This document shows positions 7,501-14,287 of a DNA stretch of 32,000 nt, piece by piece. The stretch is from Geotalea daltonii FRC-32. GTDB lineage: Bacteria; Desulfobacterota; Desulfuromonadia; Geobacterales; Geobacteraceae. The position numbers and the translations under genes were made by a program. The number at the start of each line of letters is the position of its first letter. Within the stretch, counting starts at the first letter, position 1. The notes below the pieces were generated by a model. It worked only from the letters and a program-made list of their open reading frames with translations, did no database searches and had not been told where the DNA came from. The DNA is taken from assembly GCF_000022265.1 (NCBI RefSeq), contig NC_011979.1, forward strand, positions 1,590,001 through 1,622,000. The letters run 5' to 3'.

Positions 7501-7547
7501 TTGACTGATGTCTTACAAAAGAATACAGTGTAAGCACATGTCTTGCA
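7501..7547 (+). promoter_or_regulatory. Putative sigma70-type promoter with palindromic operator for the toxin-antitoxin pair
   Basis: TTGACT (7501-7506), 17 nt, TACAGT (7524-7529). Inverted repeat CTTACA...TGTAAG straddles the -10. Direct repeat ATGTCTT(A/G)CA at 7508-7517 and 7538-7547. GGAGG lies 6 nt before ATG 7564. Confidence 0.5.
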
Positions 7548-7563
7548 TTTTCCGGAGGTAGCC

Positions 7564-7821
7564 ATGCTGAAAGCAGCTAATATAACTGTTCGTATCAAAC
7601 CAACAACCAAGATGCGCATCGATGCCCTGGCGCAGGCTACCAAGCGCTCTAAGTCCTATGTCGTCGAGGAGGCGTTGGAACAGTACCTGGAGGTAAACGA
7701 GTGGCAGGTTAAAGGGATCGAGGCCGCCTTACATGAGGCCGACAGTTCCGATGCTGAATGGGTTGATCATAAAGATGTCCTGGCAAAGTGGGAGGCCAAG
7801 TTTGCGGATAAAGTGGCTTAG
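7564..7821 (+). CDS. Ribbon-helix-helix (CopG/ParD-like) antitoxin
   Basis: MLKAANITVRIKPTTKMRIDALAQATKRSKSYVVEEALEQYL is an RHH fold signature. It overlaps the downstream toxin gene by 20 nt. Confidence 0.8.
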   Translation: MLKAANITVRIKPTTKMRIDALAQATKRSKSYVVEEALEQYLEVNEWQVKGIEAALHEADSSDAEWVDHKDVLAKWEAKFADKVA

Positions 7822-8086
7822 ACAGGCGCTTCTTGATCTCGATGAAGTAGAAAGCTATATTGCCAGGGACAATCCAGTTGCAGCTATAGGTGTGGTAACT
7901 AAAATAGTCAAAATGGTTTCTGTTCTTGAGAAGCAGCCGGGACTTGGTCGTCCTGGTCGCGTCCCAGGCTCCAAGGAACTTGTTATTCCCGATACTCCTT
8001 TCATTGTTCCTTACCGGGTGAAGGATGGCTTGGTGCAGGTATTACGGGTCTATCATACATCAAGAAGGTGGCCAGATAACATTTAG
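7802..8086 (+). CDS. RelE/ParE-family toxin
   Basis: RQALLDLDEVESYIARDNPVAAIGVVTKI...GRPGRVPGSKELVIPDTPFIVPYRV..GLVQVLRVYHTSRRWP is a typical ParE layout. TTG 7802 with GGAGG 6 nt upstream is preferred over ATG 7733, which would overlap the antitoxin by 89 nt. Confidence 0.75.
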   Translation: MRIKWLRQALLDLDEVESYIARDNPVAAIGVVTKIVKMVSVLEKQPGLGRPGRVPGSKELVIPDTPFIVPYRVKDGLVQVLRVYHTSRRWPDNI

Positions 8087-8227
8087 CAGGTTGTTGAAAA
8101 ACTATTACAGGGTCGCTCTGCTGCGTTGCCGCTCGCTCGGAGACTCAACGTACATAGGGTACGCTTCGTCTCCTCGCTCGCTTGAGCCTTGCATAGCGGC
8201 CTCCTCGTGACGTTTTTAAACAACCTG
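8087..8227. repeat. 141-bp MITE-like / structured repeat element with terminal inverted repeats (full copy)
   Basis: Termini CAGGTTGTTGAAAAAC (8087-8102) and GTTTTTAAACAACCTG (8212-8227) are complementary at 15 of 16 positions. Inner hairpins GGAGAC...GTCTCC and CGTAC-ATAGG-GTACG. Its left arm recurs at 23097-23153. Confidence 0.65.
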
Positions 8228-8254
8228 TTAGTTGTTGCAGCGGGTTTTATTGTT

Positions 8255-8280
8255 GAACCACCGGTTTCCGTCTACGCTCC
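8255..8280. repeat. Short direct repeat, copy 1 (GAACCACCGGTTTCCGTCTACGCTCC)
   Basis: Shares ACCACCG..TTCCGTCT..CGCTC with 8371-8400. Confidence 0.5.
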
Positions 8281-8370
8281 AGTTAATGGGCAAAAGGCAA
8301 CCTGCTATTTAACGGATGAATTTTTATTTTCGCGATATCAACGTTAATGTATTTCTACTTTCAGCCTGTA

Positions 8371-8400
8371 GACCACCGTCTTCCGTCTTCCGCTCTTCCG
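8371..8400. repeat. Short direct repeat, copy 2, containing a mini-array CCGTCTT CCGTCTT CCGCTCTT
   Basis: GACCACCGTCTTCCGTCTTCCGCTCTTCCG read directly. Confidence 0.5.
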
Positions 8401-8691
8401 TTTGATTTTTTGGTCTTTATCTTGCATCAATACCCTCGTCTTGTGTGTATTTGTCACTTTAATGTGAATAAATATTTTAAAAAACCTTTACCTTTTTTAA
8501 TTCTTGCTTTATTTGTAGGGAAGTAGCTTCTCATTCATGATGCAACGCAAGGTGTGCGCGAGGAAAATGATCCTGAAAAGGGGAAAAATGATCCCCGCCA
8601 AATAGAGAAATAACTGGTTAAATAGCACGCAGCATATTCGAATCAGAGACATACCATAAGTCAAAAGACACATAAACAGGAGGCAAAGAAC

Positions 8692-9414
8692 ATGAAAAGT
8701 TTACGGCAGAAAATGTTGGCAATGGCGGCAGTTGTTGCAGTTTCGGGGCTGATGATGGCTTCGGTGGCAGGAGCGGCTCCTAAGTTAATTGTAAAGGATA
8801 ATGCAACACCGACCCCAAATGATGTATTTACAGTAGCAGACGATGGACAAATAACAGCAAAAGATTTGACCTTTAAACCTGCTACAAAGAAATTCGGCTT
8901 TGGCACCAGCAACCCTCAAACATCCCTGCATTTGGTTGAGTTGGCTTCACCATTTGATAGAGGCCTAACCATTGGGCAACATGACGCGGGTACTGCAGCG
9001 GCTGTTATTAACATCAAGAAGTCCTCTGGGACTGATGCTTCCCCTGGGCTGCCTGCATCAGGATCAAACATTGCGGCTTTTCATGCACAAGTATATGACG
9101 GTAACACAACAGTTGCAGGGGCCAACGGTTGGTCTGCAAACGCTAGTTTTTTCTTCACTGCCGAACCGGGAACATATGCAGCTGAGTACATTCCAGTTGC
9201 CATTAGATTTGACACAGGTGTTGCACAGGCACAAAAGAAAGAGCGCCTGAGAATTACTAGTGATGGTCGGCTGCGTATATCAAACCAACCAACCGCACCC
9301 GCGAATAATGCTATCTGCACAGTTGGTGATATGGTACTTGACGCAACAAATGGATTCCTGTATCTTTGTACTGCTACTAACTCTTGGAAAAGAACAAGCT
9401 TTTCCACATATTAG
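8692..9414 (+). CDS. Secreted protein of unknown function (tail-fibre/lectin-like motifs, C-terminal Cys pair)
   Basis: AGGAGG 8 nt upstream. Signal peptide MKSLRQKMLAMAAVVAVSGLMMASVAGAAP. Motifs FGFGTSNPQTSLHLV and ERLRITSDGRLRISN. C-terminal CTVGDMVLDATNGFLYLCTATNSW. Confidence 0.75.
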   Translation: MKSLRQKMLAMAAVVAVSGLMMASVAGAAPKLIVKDNATPTPNDVFTVADDGQITAKDLTFKPATKKFGFGTSNPQTSLHLVELASPFDRGLTIGQHDAGTAAAVINIKKSSGTDASPGLPASGSNIAAFHAQVYDGNTTVAGANGWSANASFFFTAEPGTYAAEYIPVAIRFDTGVAQAQKKERLRITSDGRLRISNQPTAPANNAICTVGDMVLDATNGFLYLCTATNSWKRTSFSTY

Positions 9415-9464
9415 TCACTATAGAGATTGATTGTTTAATAGACTGAAATGGGGACTGAAATGGG

Positions 9465-9495
9465 GGCGATTACAGCATTGTAATCGCCTCTTTTC
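9465..9495 (+). terminator. Rho-independent terminator after the secreted-protein gene
   Basis: Perfect 10-bp stem GGCGATTACA / TGTAATCGCC with loop GCAT, followed by TCTTTTC. It is preceded by a 12-nt tandem duplication GACTGAAATGGG x2 (9441-9464). Confidence 0.7.
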
Positions 9496-9524
9496 ATAAT
9501 CAGATTTAAATTTATTTTGGCGGA

Positions 9525-10544
9525 ATGATCATGAAGCTGGTGCAAATGGTTCAGAAGGTAAAAAATATTTGTCTTAACAATGTAGAAAAAACAAACACTA
9601 TGGCGCAAAGACATTATAAATTTGCATATATAGAACCTGTCAGAGCATGTCCGGTAAAGTGTATTCCTTGTCCTGTTGGCCGAAACGTACTTTTTAAGCA
9701 TCCTGTGGTGGTCTTGGATCTGGAGATTGCTCGCAGGTGTTTTGCAAAGCTCAGGGGACAATTCGGTATAGATACATTAATAATGGGGAATTGGGGGGAG
9801 CCATTACTTCATCCGCAATTCCCTGAACTCGTGCAGCTGGCTAGGAGTTCAGGGTTTAGACAGATAGAAGTATCAACTTCACTTTCAGTAAAATGCGATA
9901 TGGCTAGTATTATAGGTGCAGGGCTAGACTGTATCCAGATTTCTATGTCAGGAATAACAAAAGACGTTTACAATCAAAGTCACAGATTTGGAGACTTTGA
10001 CCTTATATTTAAGAATCTTGAATCTTTAGTCAGTCTTAATAAAGTAAAAACTACCCCGGCTGGCATTGTTATTCGCTGGCATCGTTATCACCATAATGAA
10101 GCTCAGTTTGAGGCAGTAAGCAACTTTTGTAAAGATCTTGGCTTAGGTCTATTGCCATACTTCGGCCATCTCGGTAGTATAGAGGCTATGCGGGACTGGT
10201 CCAATCATCAACTTGAAGAACCTCTTAAATCTTTTGTTTATAACTCTGTCTTTACTGAATTTATAGAAAAAGCATGTATTCTAAATAAAGGGGCCACAAA
10301 TTGTAAGCAGTCGGAGTTTGTGGTTTTAGATGCCGACGGTTCGTTGGTATTTTGTTGCTCTTGCTATAAAAACTACAAAACGAATGCTCCCTTTCTAGCG
10401 ATGAGTGCAAGCGAGATAGAATCTTTTAAATCCCCCAATTCAACTATTTGCAGTCTTTGTCTTGGTAGCGGCTGGTCTGGGTATATGAATAGACCAAAGA
10501 CACTGGAGGAGTATGATGGGTGCATTTCTTTGGGCGCAACATAG
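9525..10544 (+). CDS. Radical SAM enzyme with SPASM/twitch-like C-terminal Cys cluster
   Basis: CPVKCIPC (CxxxCxxC), GNWGEPLLHP (GGE-type SAM motif), C-terminal CKQSEFVVLDADGSLVFCCSC (C-x11-G-x4-C) and CSLC. Start is uncertain (9525, 9531 or ATG 9600, which lies 12 codons before the Cys motif). Confidence 0.85.
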   Translation: MIMKLVQMVQKVKNICLNNVEKTNTMAQRHYKFAYIEPVRACPVKCIPCPVGRNVLFKHPVVVLDLEIARRCFAKLRGQFGIDTLIMGNWGEPLLHPQFPELVQLARSSGFRQIEVSTSLSVKCDMASIIGAGLDCIQISMSGITKDVYNQSHRFGDFDLIFKNLESLVSLNKVKTTPAGIVIRWHRYHHNEAQFEAVSNFCKDLGLGLLPYFGHLGSIEAMRDWSNHQLEEPLKSFVYNSVFTEFIEKACILNKGATNCKQSEFVVLDADGSLVFCCSCYKNYKTNAPFLAMSASEIESFKSPNSTICSLCLGSGWSGYMNRPKTLEEYDGCISLGAT

Positions 10545-10705
10545 GGGTCTATGAGTATGTATGCGTTAGAGGCAAAAGAAGGACCTACCACTGCAGATCG
10601 TCGCACACGGCGTCCGTGCTCTAAATTAACAATTTCAATATCTATAAGGAACCACTCAAAATAATTAATAAGCCTAAGGCGGGAGCAGCCCAGGAAATTC
10701 TAATT

Positions 10706-12037
10706 ATGAGTCACGATAGGCAAATCGCAATTGCAGTAAAAAATCTAACCAAAGTCTACAAGCTTTACGATACCCCATTGGACCGAGTTAAAGAGTCGAT
10801 AAATCCATTTAGCCGGAAGTATCACAAAGATTTCTATGCGCTCAATGATGTAAGCTTTGACATTGAAAAGGGATCCACTATTGGTATTATCGGCAAAAAT
10901 GGATCAGGTAAATCAACTCTTCTCAAAACAATAACAGGAGTGCTGACACCATCAAGTGGTAGTGTTACTGTCAATGGAAAAATTTCTGCTCTGCTTGAGC
11001 TAGGCGCAGGGTTTAATACTGAGTTGACAGGTATTGATAACATTTACTTTAATGGGACCCTCCAAGGGTACACTAAAGATGAGATAGATTTAAAGTTAGA
11101 TGAAATTCTATCTTTTGCGGATATTGGAGAGTTTGTGTTTCAACCTGTCAAAAGCTATTCAAGCGGCATGTTTGTTCGGTTGGCTTTTGGAGTGGCAATC
11201 AATGTTGATCCTGATATATTAATCGTTGATGAAGCTCTGGCAGTAGGGGATATAAAATTTCAGCGCAAGTGTTTTTCCAAGATCGAAGAATTTCATAAGA
11301 AAGGTAAAACTATAATTTTTGTTTCGCACGGTTTAGATACAATCAACCTTCTCTGCGACACTGCATATCTGCTTGATGGAGGCAGATTGATTGAAGAAGG
11401 CCTGCCCAAGAATGTTACTAAAGTATATCAAAAAATGATGTTAGGCGAAGACACTATTAGTTCTACAACGGACGTATGTTTGGGAAAAGAGTTAGAATTC
11501 CTATACGACCTACCGTCTGAGCAGGATTGTGAGTTTTATACAAATGAATACGACACCCAGAAATTAAACGAATTAGTTAAAGATAAAATCCAAAAGTGGG
11601 ACGGCCATAAAAAGGCAGAAATCATAGATTGTGGTATTTGGGATGCGCTGGGTAATAAAGTCACTCTTCTGGAATGTGGTGCACATTACACTTTTTATTC
11701 GAAGATACTTATTCATGTAGATTTAGAAGTCATACATGTTGGTTTCCCTATCAAAAATGTTAAAGGCCTAATGCTTTTTGGTGTAAACAGCGAGATACAA
11801 AAAGTTGCAGTTACGCCAAAAACAAAGGGAAATGTTGTTGAGGGTCGTGTCGACGTTACGATGTGGCTGGCGCCAGGCAATTATTTTCTCTCGTTTAGAG
11901 CTGCTACAAGACAGGAAGTTTTCGACGAGTTGAATGATCAAGTACACTTTGTTGTAACAGGCGGCAACCATACCCTCAATGCTCTTTCCGTAGTGAATTT
12001 GGAGCCAAAGGTGACCCTCAGAACTTTGGCTTTCTAA
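10706..12037 (+). CDS. wzt: Polysaccharide export ABC transporter ATP-binding protein with C-terminal carbohydrate-binding (Wzt_C-like) domain
   Basis: Walker A GKNGSGKST, signature SYSSGM, Walker B ILIVDE, H-loop VSHG. An extra ~170-aa beta-rich C-terminal domain (AEIIDCGIWDALGNKV...GNYFLSFRAA...VHFVV) matches terminus-recognising Wzt proteins. Confidence 0.9.
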   Translation: MSHDRQIAIAVKNLTKVYKLYDTPLDRVKESINPFSRKYHKDFYALNDVSFDIEKGSTIGIIGKNGSGKSTLLKTITGVLTPSSGSVTVNGKISALLELGAGFNTELTGIDNIYFNGTLQGYTKDEIDLKLDEILSFADIGEFVFQPVKSYSSGMFVRLAFGVAINVDPDILIVDEALAVGDIKFQRKCFSKIEEFHKKGKTIIFVSHGLDTINLLCDTAYLLDGGRLIEEGLPKNVTKVYQKMMLGEDTISSTTDVCLGKELEFLYDLPSEQDCEFYTNEYDTQKLNELVKDKIQKWDGHKKAEIIDCGIWDALGNKVTLLECGAHYTFYSKILIHVDLEVIHVGFPIKNVKGLMLFGVNSEIQKVAVTPKTKGNVVEGRVDVTMWLAPGNYFLSFRAATRQEVFDELNDQVHFVVTGGNHTLNALSVVNLEPKVTLRTLAF

Positions 12038-12129
12038 GGATGACAGCTGAAGGCTCTGTTCAAATTTAATGTTGTTTTCGGGGTTTTTTAAAAATAATAA
12101 AACAACCCTCAGGAGTGTCCGCCTTACTT

Positions 12130-12936
12130 ATGGGATTAAAATTATCGTTATTCAGACCAGAATCAAAGCCAATTGAAAAATCCTTCGTATTTATAACAGG
12201 AACGCCTCGTTCAGGCACATCAATGCTAACAAAAGTTATTGATGCGCATCCAGATGCTGCGATCTTGATGGAAAATCTCTTTGGAAATAGACGTAGGCAC
12301 TGGGAGCGTGCAAGCTTCTGGAATGAACCTCAATTATTACAGGCAGAGATTGAAAAAGTATATTCTCCTTTCAAACAGCAACTGATTGGCAACAAGGTTT
12401 GTACTCCTGATGTTTGGTCAGCTGAGGACATAGTAACCTTTTGCCAGTTTTTTTCAGATTCCAAATTCATCTTCATTGTCAGAGATCCAATAGAAGTAGC
12501 ACTTTCAAGATTCAGGCGGGAAAATTATGATAAAGAATTTAATTCTTTCGCAAGACAGCATATGCAATTAGACTTCAGAAGCAGATCTTTTACCTATACA
12601 TCTTCATGGGCAGGCAGCATCCAAAATTATTGGTTTCTCAAAGAGCTTTTTCCAACTAAAACACTACTTATTTATTACGATGACTTTTGCAACACGTTTG
12701 AAGATCATTTACATACATTAGTTGATTTCCTTGATCTCCCTTTCTCAGAAAAAATGCTTAAATGGCATGAACTACCACATCATGACTCAGAAGGGGTTTT
12801 ACAGGTTAACTTAAAATACGATGATGAGCCGGTTTTTGTTAACAAAAGCAAGAGTTCGTCCCTTACTGACGAACTAATGTTGGCAATGGCCACTATTGAA
12901 CCATTGTATAATCGGTGGAAGAAGAGATCTCTCTGA
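12130..12936 (+). CDS. PAPS-dependent sulfotransferase family protein
   Basis: 5-prime-PSB loop FITGTPRSGTSML and 3-prime-PB segment FIVRDPIEVALSRF. The ORF track starts at GTG 12115, which overlaps the AGGAG, so ATG 12130 is preferred. Confidence 0.8.
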   Translation: MGLKLSLFRPESKPIEKSFVFITGTPRSGTSMLTKVIDAHPDAAILMENLFGNRRRHWERASFWNEPQLLQAEIEKVYSPFKQQLIGNKVCTPDVWSAEDIVTFCQFFSDSKFIFIVRDPIEVALSRFRRENYDKEFNSFARQHMQLDFRSRSFTYTSSWAGSIQNYWFLKELFPTKTLLIYYDDFCNTFEDHLHTLVDFLDLPFSEKMLKWHELPHHDSEGVLQVNLKYDDEPVFVNKSKSSSLTDELMLAMATIEPLYNRWKKRSL

Positions 12937-12983
12937 AATAGTATGTTTTCTGTAGGGCTAAGTTCTAAAAAAAGGATGGAAAT

Positions 12984-13355
12984 ATGAGTACAAAGCAACT
13001 CTCTAGTGTTAAGATCATGTCCTTTGGATTTAAGTATGGCAGCCCAAACGCAAATTACTATTTTGATGTGGGCTTTATAAAAAATCCAGCAAGGGATCCG
13101 AAATGGAATTTTTTTTCTACGCCTGATGAAGAAATGCGCAACTTCGTGCTGAGCCAGAAACCTGTTGTTGAATTTTTAAAGTATATAATCCCCCTCATAA
13201 AAATACTGGCACCTCTTGATCAAGCCCAAGTTTTCGCTTTTGGTTGTAATTCTGGTCGCCATCGCAGTTATATTCTAGTTGAGGAGATTGCTCGCCAGCT
13301 AAAAGAGTGCGGGGTGCCCGCTAAAATCGTACACCGTGAGGATGATTTACAGTGA
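12984..13355 (+). CDS. Stand-alone RapZ (YhbJ/YvcJ) C-terminal-domain-like protein
   Basis: SFGFKYGSPNANYYFDVGFIKNPARDPK and AFGCNSGRHRSYILVEEIARQL match, from memory, the RapZ C-terminal segments [29 protein letters not shown] and AIGCTGGKHRSVYIAEQLA. Only 12 residues precede the first motif, so the P-loop N-domain is absent. Confidence 0.75.
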   Translation: MSTKQLSSVKIMSFGFKYGSPNANYYFDVGFIKNPARDPKWNFFSTPDEEMRNFVLSQKPVVEFLKYIIPLIKILAPLDQAQVFAFGCNSGRHRSYILVEEIARQLKECGVPAKIVHREDDLQ

Positions 13356-14287
13356 GCTCTAATAATGAACGTATTTGGTGCCCTAGCGGCGAACTTAGAC
13401 CCTTAAGTTTTGCACAGGCCCCGAAAAAAGACCTTGCATTTATCGTCGTAAACCGAAATCGTCGCGATTTGACTGACTATCTCTGTCACCAGATTCTCAA
13501 TTTTACGAACACTACGGATCTAACTTATGATCTGTTTGTAGTTGATATCGGTTCGGAACCTGCCCAACGTAGCCCTTTTACCACCATTGAATACGAAGAT
13601 AGCGACTTTCGAGGCAAGTGTTATGCACACAATGTAGGGGTGCGTCAAGCGGCATTAACCGCTGATTACCGTTATTATTGGGCTATGATGAATGACCTAC
13701 GTTTTGATGGGCAGCCAGATGCTATGATGCGGATGATAGAATTAATGGACAGTAATCCAGAAATTGGAATTTTAAGCCCTACAAATATTGGGGAAGGTAA
13801 GGAATATCCTGGTGCTGATCCACAACCAGGACACGTATTTAGAAAGGTGCCGGTGTGCGATTATCTTGCACTTATGTTGCGTGGCCAAGTCTTGCATGAG
13901 GTAGGATTTCTTAACCCCGAATTTCGCTATTGCTGGGGAGCGATACATGAACTGTCATATAAGGTATACCGTACAGGTAAATGGTCTATTGCGTATTGTG
14001 ATACTGTTCATTATGAACATTTAGGTGGCACTACCTATGGTAAGACAAAAAATGTTGTTAGCCGCGACGAATACACATTGAATGCAAAAAGGTTCGCAGC
14101 TTCTTACTTTGTGAAGCAATACGGGCGGGACTGGGATGAAAAATTTACAGATGCATTGCCTACAGATGTCACCTTAAAAGAAACGTACTCACGTCATCGA
14201 ACCTACTGGGAGGAATCTTTAGTTTCTGAAAAAAATTGCCGTAATTCCTTTTTTCATAATATCTGGCGAAAAATCAAAAATGGCTGA
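13352..14287 (+). CDS. GT2-like glycosyltransferase (divergent)
   Basis: GTG start overlaps the upstream TGA (GTGA). LAFIVVNRNRRDLTDYL...LFVVDIGSEP...AHNVGVRQAA...MMNDLRF follows the GT-A fold order, but the DxD is atypical. Confidence 0.6.
   Translation: MSSNNERIWCPSGELRPLSFAQAPKKDLAFIVVNRNRRDLTDYLCHQILNFTNTTDLTYDLFVVDIGSEPAQRSPFTTIEYEDSDFRGKCYAHNVGVRQAALTADYRYYWAMMNDLRFDGQPDAMMRMIELMDSNPEIGILSPTNIGEGKEYPGADPQPGHVFRKVPVCDYLALMLRGQVLHEVGFLNPEFRYCWGAIHELSYKVYRTGKWSIAYCDTVHYEHLGGTTYGKTKNVVSRDEYTLNAKRFAASYFVKQYGRDWDEKFTDALPTDVTLKETYSRHRTYWEESLVSEKNCRNSFFHNIWRKIKNG

Noticed and set aside
7119-7643. 174-aa minus-strand ORF spanning the wzm 3-prime end, array E and the TA promoter
   Set aside because: It overlaps two well-supported plus-strand features, and its middle is repeat-derived ([22 protein letters not shown]).
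8537-8605. 22-codon ORF MMQRKVCARKMILKRGKMIPAK in the leader of the secreted-protein gene
   Set aside because: It has no RBS, and its sequence is largely the direct repeat GGAAAATGATCC read in frame. There is no basis to call it a peptide.
9525-10544. The radical SAM/SPASM enzyme as an anaerobic sulfatase-maturating enzyme, given the sulfation context
   Set aside because: There is no sulfatase gene in the window, and the neighbouring secreted protein has no (C/S)-x-P-x-R motif.
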